A stretch of DNA of 64,000 nt from Octopus sinensis. Taxonomy: Eukaryota. A program made the translations under genes and the position numbers. Of this stretch, positions 51,946-64,000 are shown piece by piece. The stretch covers positions 51,646,001 through 51,710,000 of the forward strand of contig NC_042999.1 of NCBI RefSeq assembly GCF_006345805.1, given 5' to 3'. The notes under the pieces were generated by a model that was given only the letters and a program-made list of their open reading frames with translations, was not told the origin of the DNA and searched no databases. Every line of letters starts with the position of its first letter. The first letter of the stretch is position 1.

Positions 51946-54862
51946 AGATAACAACGATGATGATGATGATGATGATATGATGATGATGATGATGATGATG
52001 ACGACGACGACGACGACGATGATGATTACGATAGTCATCGGACATCTCATACATTTATCCATCGTTTCTACTCCACTCAGTGTTTGCAACTATTTCTCTA
52101 ATTTCATTTAATTTTTATCGCTTGATCTTTGGGACCCATGACCTGACAACGATCTACCAAGCCACATCAAACATACATACACTTCTCCTTTTTACTCAGC
52201 TGTCTTTTGGTCTAAATGTATCTACATCACAAACTAACCTCCATATCCAATATCGTCATTAATCGTTGAAATGGTTTTAATCCTAATTGACTTTTAAACT
52301 TTATGACAATAATTCCATCTGAAATGCGATAAATAATATTCTGGAGAAAGACAAACTGAAAAACCAAAACCCCAACCAAAATAAAATGAAAACGTTATCT
52401 ATATTCTCAGGAACTGGTATTCGGAAGTTTTGCAGTATGACCTGTTGGCATGAAGGCATTAGGAAGCCAACACTAGAATAGCTTCCAAACTGTGAAGCAG
52501 TAATGAGACATGTGAATTTATAAAGTGTTGTAACAACTCTTGCGATTATATTGAAGTTGAAAATAGGCAGGGTTGTTGGGAGATTATTGTAACACAATGT
52601 GTGGATAGGATGTGTAAAACATTCTAAATATTGTTCAAAAGAGAAAAAAAGGTTGTATTTTTTTAGAAACAGCTGATTAGAAAGACCTATTCAATAATTA
52701 AAGGGTGACAGTTGTTGAGGCATCACTTGCATAATTAACAAGTTTTAATGAAATTTATGATGATCTCATTAAATGATCAATAATAAGTTTTCACCTTGGA
52801 ATCGATACTGAAACCAATAAATCATTGACTTCATCAGAAACTGAAGTACATTTAGTCCATTGGCTCTGAGCTTATTACTCTGATAATCATTTTCACGTCT
52901 TATTTGACAACTGTTGTAAATGTCAGCACACACACACACATACGCACGCACGCACACACACGCACACACGCACACACACACACACACACACGCAATGTAA
53001 TGTGGGAGAGACTATAGAATATAATGGTAGTCAAAGTCTTGCAGCATTTGGAAATCCCATGGAGCCAGTATTAACGACTGTTACGATTGAAGAATATTGT
53101 TAATGGAATTATTTTGGTAGAAATTAAGTCGCTACTTTCTTTGTGAAATATCAATTACCAATTTTGTTGGACGATTTTCTTTGCGTCTGATTGCTTCTAA
53201 GATTCTTAACACGATGTGTCCAAAAATAAAATTTAAGCTAAAAAATGGTTTATATTTCCTGGAGATGTAAAAACAACAGAAGTAAATTTCTATTTCTCAG
53301 GACTAAATTCTTTGATTACAAAGGCAGTCATTCCTGTTTATAGCGAATCCGTAACCGAGTACACGAATCATTAGCTCTACAACAAAGTTTAAGGATATCT
53401 ATATGGCACCTTAAAATGAGGCAAAAGATCGGTAATTCCTGTAAAGTATAGCCTGACCGAAGCCAGGAAGACATAACCTTTTAGCAACACAGTAAACAGC
53501 GTCCCCTGTCACCATCACGACAACTGAAACCAGTCATCACTTAGATATCTGGTCGTCCTCAAAGTCTCTTTAAGTGCTCATTTGGAAGAACTGTCTTCAC
53601 CAAATTTCCAAAAATAACTTGCATCTAATTGATTTATTAATTTGGATTGAAACAGAGAAAAGATATAAAGAAAAAGAAAAAGCTTTTGATTCAATGTTAA
53701 AAGTCGAGATTTTAGAAGCGAGTTGTGAGTTGTGACAATAACTTCTTGATTCGAATCGTACAACTTCCGATGATTTGCTGTAAAGAATATTTGGATATGT
53801 GTCCACGTGGTGACAGTGTCTGCGATTACTTGTGGAACATTTCATTGATTCTATTACAAAAAATAAAACAAATGTACGTTTTGATGATATTCAAAGCTTA
53901 AGCAACCAGTTCTGCTACACAGGGGCAGAGTAGTCAGAAAAGATTAAAAACTAATCTGGAAAATCGACGTTTGAAAGCAAATAATCTCTGAAGAAAACCT
54001 CAGAATATTGCGAAAGATAGAAAAGCAAAAAGGATTATTTGCTTAAGCTCATTTTTATTTTTTGTTCTTGAGTATTGGGCAGAAAAGAAGATAAGATGAT
54101 TTTACTAAGATGGATATCAGATGAAGAACAAGGGATGTCATTATAGAAAACGGTGCCATAAATGGTGTTGTTGACCACAGTAGACTTCCACCGCAAAATT
54201 GCAAATGACTCGGTAATCCTTCGAAATTATGGTTTAATTCACGTTGACACATATTAGTCAAACGTAACAATTTATTGATTAACAGCGACTGAACAGACAA
54301 GAAACACACGAATTAATATGAGAACTTAGAAAATATAATGTCTCTATATTGACCTCTCCTAAACAACAGCAAATGGAATTGTTATGTAAAACTAGAATTT
54401 CGATTGGAAGTGTAGGCAAAGGAAATCTCTGTTGGAAACGAGAGAAAGCTTTCAGTACAGTGGAATATAGTAAAGATATTGATAAAGTTTGGTGTTGTGG
54501 CCAACACCGAGGAAAGATATTGACAGCAGTAAAAATATATATTGTTTTAATAAAGTTTAGGACGCTACATACAACATCGTGAAATTTAATGGTTTTAGTT
54601 TCATTGTCTTTTCACTTCCACTGGGTTTGTAGAGAAGAACTGTCAGAGTTTGGTTTAATATTAGTTCTATATTATGACAGCGTTATCAATAAACATTAAA
54701 CGACACGCATTGTTAAGGGAGATACTAGTAAACCATTGTAGCTTATTTACAGGCGGCGTTTTCATGGCAAATTCTGGAATTCCTAACAATTCCACTGAAC
54801 CTTTGCTTTCGTTTCTACACTGAAGTTGATCAGGAAGTCACCACACCTTCTCTCTCTCTCTC

Positions 54863-54920
<58 letters not shown>

Positions 54921-55061
54921 CGCATGTATTTGAAGTAATGAGCTGATCAGAAAATAAATGAGAGTTATACTCTCACAGAATGTTAATCAACAATTCCGAG
55001 AAAAAACAACAGAACAAAAAAAAAACAAAAACCGAACTATTAAAGTTGTAGCGCTTTGTCT

Positions 55062-55064
55062 ATG

Positions 55065-55140
<76 letters not shown>

Positions 55141-55225
55141 TAATAACAATAATAATAATAATAAAAATAATGATGATAATGATGATGATGATGATGATGA
55201 TGATGATAATAACAACAATAACAAG
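55062..55225. repeat. (AAT)n/(GAT)n microsatellite
   Basis: Directly visible. Confidence 0.95.
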
Positions 55226-55669
55226 ATACAGTGAGTTTCGACATTCGGCAAGAAATAGAAACAAATTGAAAGATGATGATAATGATGATGATGCTGAGAT
55301 CGACGATGATGACAATAATAGGAACAACAAGAGTATAATAATAAGGGGCTGGAATTAATAGAATTAACACAAGAAATTGTTGTGAAGACAGAAGAGGGAA
55401 GGCTGAAATATTAGATCAGTTAATATACGGGGAAACTACTTCAACAATTATAGGTTCCACCCGTTTGTTAGGCAAATTGATTTTTTTCTTTCTCCCTCTT
55501 CCATCCGTCCATCCATCCATCCATCCATCCATCCATCCATCCATCCATCCATCCATACGTTCGTGCGTGCTTACATACTTACATACATAATACATACATA
55601 ATACATACATACATGCATACATACATACATACATACATACATGCATACATGCATGCATACATACATACA

Positions 55670-55706
<37 letters not shown>

Positions 55707-56182
55707 TGATACATACATGCATGCATGCATACATACATGCATGCATACATACATGCATGCATACATACAGACATACATATATACATAGATACATACATGC
55801 ATGCATGCATACATACATGCATGCATACATACAGACATACATATATACATAGATACATACATGCATGCATGCATACATGTTAATGCTTGTTTTTATGTTG
55901 AGTGATAATAAAAACAATTTTACATTAATCTGGTGGGTTACTCTTGTAGAGAACAAATTTATTATTCCTAAACATGAATATTTTTGACAGTGACTTCGAA
56001 GTTACGGTCAGCAAAGCCATTGTATGCAGTCTAACGATAGCTTAGCCGACTGAAACTTCGAAGTCATTATGAATAATATTCTTGTTTAAGAATAATATTT
56101 AAGAACACACACACAACAACACACACACAGACACGCACGCACACACAGACATAGACACACATAGACACACATACACACACAT

Positions 56183-56230
<48 letters not shown>

Positions 56231-56939
56231 TGACAGTGTTTGCGAGCATGTTAATGTTGGTGCTCGATGAACAATAAAGTGCGCGCGAATGCAACTAACC
56301 GTACACGTTCCATAACAACACGTCCATAAGATTGTGTTGCTATGTAAACCCACGTTACAAACGTGCAACTACATTCACAGTTCGAATGAAGCACGATTTG
56401 TTTTTGCCTTTATTAAGATCGGAGATGTGATATTGCATTCCATGTAATGATTGTCAAGTCAAAATAACGGAAGAGAAAGAAAAAATCCCGTTTTACAACA
56501 AACAAAGAGAAATTCGTGGAGATAAAGCAGATGTCAATGTGTAGGCGTGCATGTGTGTGCATAGAATGCACTGCTGTACCGATTCCTCTGCATGCGTGTG
56601 CATTGCTTGAAAGTAACTTTAATTCTTCGTTTTTCTCAAAGACAACAACAAAAACACACAACTTTTATTTGAATAATGTTAAGTGTTTGTGTAAAAAAGA
56701 GAATTAATTAGAAAGGTATCATGGCTAAGGATGTCGGTGTTTGAATTGCAGAGAAAAGCGGATATTTAACGAACAAAGGTTTTATGGTTGAGGGTTTATC
56801 AAGGCTCCATGTTTGAGGGATCTGTGTTTACATGTGACAGAGTAAAAATAAGAATTAGCAAGGAAAGGCTCCATATTTGAGGGGTTCGTGCTTGTATGTC
56901 ATAGACTATTTCTAGCAGGGAACTAACAAGCAGATCACG

Positions 56940-57140
56940 AGTCAACGACAGAACCTCTACGCGGTTTTTCAGTCTGCTAGAAACAACAACCAAATTTTTC
57001 TCAAACCCCACATTAATGTCTTTAAAAAGGACACACTGGACAATGTAGAGCGAGTGAAGTTATTCCTGAAAATAGATGGAATTGTCATGGCTTGAATGCC
57101 TTTGTAGTTTCGCGTTGTGTCTAAGCAACAACAACAACAT
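56940..57140 (+). mobile_element. Repeat family E 3' fragment ending in (AAC)n
   Basis: tctgctagaaacaacaaccaaat..aaaaaggacacactggacaatgtag..gtcatggcttgaatgcctttg..aagcaacaacaac. Confidence 0.55.
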
Positions 57141-57429
57141 CAAAGAAAAATATCATCATGACAAAGAAGAATTCCGGTGAGGATAAAATCGAAAATGACA
57201 AGGGATGATATATGAGAGTAATCCACTGTGATAGAAGGTAGTGGTGGTCAGTTGTAGTGACCAGCAGGGAAAACACCATCAGTTTACGTCGAGCTCACTC
57301 CTAACATTCATAGCTAATGTTAAAAGCCTTTCCTACACAAACACTGCAACTAGGATTTCTCGGGGCCAACTACAGATTCTCAAAACAGTTTTAGCAGCCT
57401 CCCTACTTTCCACATCATAAAAATACATT

Positions 57430-57760
57430 CAAAGCCGCGCTCACCGACTCTAAGTGCGTGCTGTGTCTGTGTGTGCGAGCGCGCACGTGCATTTTTTTTT
57501 TTAAATAAATATTTCCACTTACTGCATTATTGAATAGTGGTCCACAGACTGATGGCTTCTATTGAAAATACTCCAGTGTAATTGTAGCGAGCTAGCAGCA
57601 ACCATTTAGCGGCGTAGCAGTCATCTGCTAGCCTTTGCGAGATAGCACAAGTGCTACTCGTTACAAACTGAAAGCCAACTCCCTGCGATGTCACGTGACA
57701 AGCTCTAACATTTTGTACGGAACGTCATAGAGACAGAAAAATCAATCAGCGCTGAACCAA
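57430..57760. promoter_or_regulatory. CpG-enriched island with two CACGTG E-boxes (candidate promoter or enhancer)
   Basis: GCACGTGC at 57483-57490 and the palindrome GTCACGTGAC at 57690-57699; no downstream exon identified. Confidence 0.3.
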
Positions 57761-57998
57761 TAACACCATCAATATCACTTCAACAGTAGTTTTCATCTGT
57801 AAGGTTTTATTATTCACCCACCACCATACTTTATGTTTGTTTAACTTGGTGACATCAAAGATGTTAGGGGCATTGTCTTAGATATTCATCGTCTTTCTCC
57901 CACCCTTCCCTTGTGAGTGTGTATATATGTTTGCGTGTGTATGTTTGTGTTTTTTCACGTATACAAGTTTTTTTATCCGTCCATCCATCCATCCATCC

Positions 57999-58054
<56 letters not shown>

Positions 58055-58079
58055 GTCTGTCTGTCTGTCTGTCTGTCCC

Positions 58080-58172
<93 letters not shown>

Positions 58173-58199
58173 GTCTGTCTGTCCATGTCTGTCTGTCTA

Positions 58200-58261
<62 letters not shown>

Positions 58262-58263
<2 letters not shown>

Positions 58264-58680
58264 ATTTCTTTATTGCCCACAAGGGGCTAAACATAGAGGG
58301 GACAAACAAGGACAGACAGAGGGATTAAGTCGATTACATCGATCCCAGTTCGTAACTGGTACTTAATTTATCGACCCCAAAAGGATGAAACGCAAAGCAT
58401 ACCTCGCAGGAATTTGAACTCAGAACGTAGCGGCAGACGAAATACCTATTTCTTTACTACCCACAAGGGGCTAAACATAGAGGAGACAAACAAGGACAGA
58501 CAAACAGACGGATTAAGTCGATTATATTGACCCTAGTGCGTAACTGATACTTAATTTATCGACCCCGAAAGGATGAAAGGCAAAGTCGAATTCGGCAGAA
58601 TTTGAACTCAGAACGTAATGACAGACGAAATACGGCTAAGCACTTCGGCCGGCATACTAACGTTTCTGCCAGCTCGCCTC
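58262..58680 (-). mobile_element. Head-to-tail dimer of SINE family C (5'-truncated copy plus full copy)
   Basis: tatttcttta..cccacaaggggctaaac occurs at about 58263 and 58447; inserted in (TATC)n. Confidence 0.9.
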
Positions 58681-58684
58681 CTTA

Positions 58685-58772
<88 letters not shown>

Positions 58773-58814
58773 AGGATGCATATATATACACGTGTACATA
58801 TATATTTAAACATA

Positions 58815-59205
58815 TCTTTTATCTTTTATCGTTTACTTGTTTTAGTCATTAGACTTCGGCCATGCTGGATCACCGCCTTGAAGGGTTTTAGGCAAAGGAA
58901 TTGGCCCCAGGACTTATTTTCTAAGCTTGGTACTCATTTTATCGGTTTCTTTTGCCGAACCTTTAAGTTATAGGAATGCAAACACGCCAACACCGGTTGT
59001 CAAGCGCTGGTGTGGTTGGGGGACAAACACACAAAAACACACGCACATATAGATATGCATTCAGAGATACATATACACAACGGGCTTCTTTCAGTTTCAG
59101 TCTACCAAATCCACTTACAAGGCTTTGGTCGGCCTGGGGCTATAGCAGAAGACACTTTGCCCAAGATGTCTCGCAGTGGGACTGAATCCGGAACCATGTG
59201 TTTGA
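58815..59205 (-). mobile_element. SINE family A, near full length
   Basis: Aligns by eye to 34840-35279. Confidence 0.85.
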
Positions 59206-59224
59206 GAATCATTCGATATATATA

Positions 59225-59696
59225 CGAGGTCTGATCAATAAGTATCTGGTATGTTTCCATAGTAACGAAGCTAAAGCACGGAGTGAAACCGCTTGACACA
59301 GATTTACCTTGAACTCTGCTGTGAATGTGCACTGAGTTTTAACGTTCTAGCTCACTTCCGCTGTCAGCAGCAGTGCTTGGAAGAAAGGTGTGTAGCGTGT
59401 GATCGTCGCATTGACCCTGACAGGGAAAGTTGTCTTAGCGATACCTGCTCAAGCCAGGCTTTTGGCAAAATTTGATGCAGATTCTCTACTCAACTTTCTC
59501 CATCATAGTCAATGCGAGGGTCACACGTTACACACGTCCCTTCCAAGCACTGCTGTAAACAGCAGAAGTGAGCTAGAACGTTAAAACTTAGTGTGAATGC
59601 ACAGCACAGACCAAGGTCAATCTGTACCAAGCGGCCTCACTCTCCGTACTTTAGCTTCGTTACTATGGCCACAGTCCGTATACTTATTGATCAACC
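59225..59696. mobile_element. Mariner-derived non-autonomous element with ~200-bp inverted arms
   Basis: TA-cgaggtctgatcaataagtat... / ...atacttattgatca; arm pairs include ttttaacgttctagctcactt / aagtgagctagaacgttaaaa and cagtgcttggaag / cttccaagcactg. Confidence 0.85.
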
Positions 59697-60057
59697 AATG
59701 CAAAGTTTAAAAAAATAAATAAACGAGAAGAAATCGAACCGGTGAGTTCGTTAAGAAATAAGGCAATAAAAGAGAATGGGTCTTCCCAGACACAATAACA
59801 TATATATATATATACACACACACATATATATATAATGGAGAGGTTAATCAATCGACAAACATCAGCCAATAAACATTCATTTGGATCTATTTATTAATTA
59901 ATTACAATCCTATGTATATATGTATAAGTAATCAAAATAAACAAATAAACAAGTAAAAAGATAAATAAAAATAAATAAATGAATAAGGATAAATGAGTAA
60001 AAATTATAGTAGTATATTGGATATTTATTATCCCTGAGATGGTTGCTTAACCTCTAA

Positions 60058-60122
<65 letters not shown>

Positions 60123-60245
60123 GTAAAGAGTGAAAAAACGACAGAAGGTTTAAATATTAAAAAATATATATATTTGCGTCAATATGTCTGAAGAATATTA
60201 GAAAATTAAAAAAAAAAAATTTTTTTCCTCTTATAATGACATAAT

Positions 60246-60294
<49 letters not shown>

Positions 60295-60296
60295 CT

Positions 60297-60341
<45 letters not shown>

Positions 60342-60370
60342 ATCTATCTATCTATCTATCTATCTATCCT

Positions 60371-60431
<61 letters not shown>

Positions 60432-60714
60432 ATATATATATATTAAAGCAGGAAAAAAAAGCCAAACAATTTGGCAAGTTTGGCATAACATAACCTCTAA
60501 CTCATATATATATAAAAGCAGAAGAAAAAGCCAAACAATTTGGCAAGTTTGGCATAACTGTACTGACTACACCTGGGAATCGAAACCGGGGCGAAGAATT
60601 GACTCAGCTGTGACCCAATGTCTCTTTATGGTTATCTCTTCCTTTGCAGAATATCAGAGTAAACAGTGACGCTTTGGTGGGTGAGACATTAACAATTAAA
60701 CAAATTAGACTAGG

Positions 60715-60905
60715 GAAGAGCTTTGATCTGCTAAAAAGAGCAGCCAAATTTCCCACATAGGAGATCCTACCTTTCTTTTAAATCGGACCCATTCAATAAT
60801 GTAATCCAAGATACACTACTCCTAAAAAAAAAAAAGAAACGAAATAAGAAACGGGATGGTCATGGCTTCAATGCATCTTGTCATACGCCTGTTGGATCTG
60901 AACAG
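60715..60905 (+). mobile_element. Repeat family E fragment
   Basis: gatctgctaaaaagagcagccaaat..ataatgtaatcc.agatacacta..aaacgggatggtcatggct. Confidence 0.55.
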
Positions 60906-61607
60906 ATTTCGGGTTAAACTACACCGTCATCATAACCACCACCGCCATCACCAACACCATTGCCACCTTCACCATCAACGACAACAACGATAACAGCTAA
61001 CTTTTGTGCTTATCGGGTTAATATTTTACCTACAGTATATCTGCAAAAGAAACTGCTTCCAGGTGTAGCAATCTGTGTCTATTTTCAGAATCCATACAGA
61101 AGAAAATGGAGCTCAGCAATGCTTCAATAACCCCTTTACCACATTTATACAACCTCTTCATGTTTCTCAATTTACATACGATCCCTGTACAAGTAATTCC
61201 TTTACACGGAACAACCCTGTTAACGCTTGACTGACTGGTTCAGTGGAGATGAGAGCAACAACTACGGCGCCGACATCGCACGTCTTCACCTGAAAATACC
61301 GCTTCTTAACCTAAAATAATAAATTTGTACTCTTGAGCGTCCACACATTTTCTCATTTCTTGAGACTAGTTTTGCATGAAATAGATTTAATTTTGGCAAA
61401 TTCAATCGTATGTTTTAAGGGAAATTTTCAAGAAATGGAAGGAGCGGGTCATTTAGGGAATATTAGAACCATATAAAAATTAATGCAATATTTATACATA
61501 CATACTCAGGGGAAGGTTTATGATAATTAAAAAGTAAAAGAGACACATACATACATATACATACATACATACATACATACATATACATACATACATACAT
61601 ACATACA

Positions 61608-61639
<32 letters not shown>

Positions 61640-61644
61640 AAAAA

Positions 61645-62330
61645 GAAACTGTGTGCAGGGGATGATAACATAAAGTTGAAGATCAGCGAAAAAGAAAATA
61701 CCTATGCTGAAGTATTGAGAAATCTGTAGTTACTCTATCCGGAGTACAAGTTCAGGTTTATACCTGTAATTATTGGGGCACTCAGATATGTAACACTGCC
61801 TAAATACCAATCTTCAGAAATTAGGCTTCTCAAAACCAGAAAGGAGAAAGCTGATTCGAAGACTTACAGATCCAATCCATCATTGGAACTGAAAATATCT
61901 GTAAAACTTTCTGGAGGTTTATCATTTAAATATATATGAACATGTCTAGATGTGCAAGTATATGCATGAGAATACATACATAAAACAAAACATACAAATC
62001 TGCACATATACATACATACATACAAACATACGCACATACATACATATACATACATACGTACATACATACATACGTACATACATACGTACATACATACATA
62101 CGTACATACATACATATGTATATACATACGTACATACAGACATACGTACATACATACATACGTACATACATACATACATACATACATACATACATACATA
62201 CATACATACTTAGAAACAAAAATACCCTGTTGTTGATGTTCAAATTCCAATGAAGGAGCCTTGGATCTAGGTTAGAAACCGGCTCTTTCTCTATTGGCAA
62301 GAAATCTTCAAATAAAACTGGACAATGATA
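61645..62330 (+). mobile_element. RLE-type LINE 3' end plus UTR with an expanded (TACA)n tract
   Basis: DDNIKLKISEKENTYAEVLRNL*LLYPEYKFRFIPVIIGAL..LGFSKPERRKLIRR..QSIIGTENICKTF; same family as 12336-12690. Confidence 0.8.
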
Positions 62331-62489
62331 CACACATACACACACACGCGCGCTCGCACACACACACGTACGTACATACATACATACACACACATACATA
62401 TATATATTCTTTTATTCTTTTCCATGTTTTAGCACTTAGGCTATGGCCATGCTGGAGCATTACCAGTGTAAACACCCCTTCATTGGCCT

Positions 62490-63020
62490 ATTTTATATGA
62501 AGGAGGCTTTTGCTGCCGCCCTCCTTTGAGTCTTCTCCTCTGATAATGGTTCATCTGGGACTTTGGGTAGCAGGAGGTAAAGTTGTTTCTTGAAAACATC
62601 TACTCTTGCTCCATGAAGACTCTTCACAAGTTTTTAGCAAGACATGAAATGGCTGTAGGCTTTTGAATCCCAATCTATAGCTGTACATGATCTTCACTCT
62701 AGACGGGATATCTGGGACCTTTTTGGAACAGTGAAGTGACGTCCAGTTCGGGAGCGATACAGCTTTCGATACCAAAATTTGGTGCCAGCCCTTCTAGGAT
62801 TTTCCCGTCTTCATTCCAGGGAGTAGAGTCAATGTCCTTTCAGTCTCTCTCAGTAGCTCAGCTGTTCCATTGATGCAATCTTCCTGGTGTAACATCGCTG
62901 AAATGTCTCTAGTTCTGCCTTTACTTGGACACTGCAGGGTGACCACAGTTAAGATCAGTAGTCCGGACGTCTGAGTACATATCACCATCTTGGTGATATG
63001 CATGTGAAACGAGGCACCGT
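62490..63020 (-). mobile_element. CR1-like LINE 3' end, degenerate
   Basis: Minus translation includes ..ENPRRAGTKFW/GLAPNFGIE.. and VDVFKKQLYLLLPKVPDEP, typical of the CR1-group ORF2 end (FK..LD..L..VPDEP). Confidence 0.65.
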
Positions 63021-63454
63021 TGTTCATCCATAAAAAAAATATATATAAACTTACACACATTTATGCGTACATATAGACAGACATACACATATACATACAA
63101 ACTGACATACACACATGCAACCCCACCCCTCATATATTTGCAAACGTACATATATGCACACATACATTCATGCATGTATGCAAACACAGACATATGTACA
63201 TATCTATTAAGAAACACGCATAGACACACACGCATATATATGTAAGCATACAAACATGCATACACACATACATATGTGTGTGTGTGTGTGTTTGTGTGTG
63301 TGTATATGTATACACATACATACAAACAAACATGTTTATATGTATATACATTATATGTATACATACCTGAATGGGTGCATACACATGCATATAATATATA
63401 TATATGTATGCATATATACATATATATACATAATTATACATACATACATATATA

Positions 63455-63815
63455 TATATGTGATGATGGCCGTCCACTCGTGGCCGAGGAAGACCATTGC
63501 CGACCTTCAGGAACATTGTGTGCTCTAGGACTAACTTATATTTTGCATTTGCGGCTCCGTTGGTTGTTAATGAGCCCTGCATACACGACTGCAAACATTA
63601 CAGACAAAGCTTTCCCCATTCACCATACGAGCCGTGCGCCTTCGCGCAGCACGCTTAAGTTCTTCATGCTGGATACGTGCTCTCTCAAAAGTGTCGATCC
63701 CCTCCTTAACCTGCTTCCTCCATCTGTGGCGATGACAGGCATTGTTCTCCTAGTCAGTGTCCTGCATATCACAGGCCTTTAATGAGGACTTGACACAGTC
63801 CTTAAATCTTTATGT
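63455..63815 (-). mobile_element. RTE-clade LINE 3' end with zinc finger and catcatc tail
   Basis: RFKDCVKSSLKACDMQDTD*ENNACHRHRWRKQVKEGIDTFE..ELKRAARR..FVCNVCSRVC; UTR ends ggccatcatcac. Confidence 0.85.
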
Positions 63816-63818
63816 GTA

Positions 63819-63890
<72 letters not shown>

Positions 63891-64000
63891 ATATATATAT
63901 ATATATATCTATATATATATCTATATATATATCTATCTATCTATCTTCTATCTATCTATCTATCTATCTATCTCTATCTATCTATCTTCTATCTATCTAT

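Noticed and set aside
56799-57011. Small gene (MGFEKNLVV...)
   Set aside because: Largely the antisense reading of repeat family E.

Overview
Very AT-rich, microsatellite-saturated eukaryotic non-coding DNA. I found no intact protein-coding gene, rRNA, true tRNA gene or CRISPR array. The repeat families look like those of Octopus (coleoid cephalopod); this is recognition from memory, not a database search. The window is a mosaic of dead mobile elements: a near full-length but disabled Tc1 (DD34E), mariner (DD34D) fragments, several palindromic MITE-like elements, a Tx1/L1-type LINE (APE endonuclease plus partial RT), 3' ends of RTE, CR1-like and restriction-like-endonuclease (Dong/R4-like, HERO-like) LINEs, and more than 15 copies or fragments of tRNA-derived SINEs and related repeats. 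The most striking signal is invisible to the ORF track: hammerhead ribozyme (HHR) motifs in at least four unrelated short repeats. One type I HHR with an intact core lies at 20096-20143. Another sits in the tail of a tRNA-headed SINE-like element that inserted as a head-to-head inverted dimer with an 11-bp target-site duplication (24022-25316). These point to non-autonomous, ribozyme-bearing retroelements probably mobilised by Penelope-like elements (PLEs). All structures were read by eye; none was folded or searched computationally.
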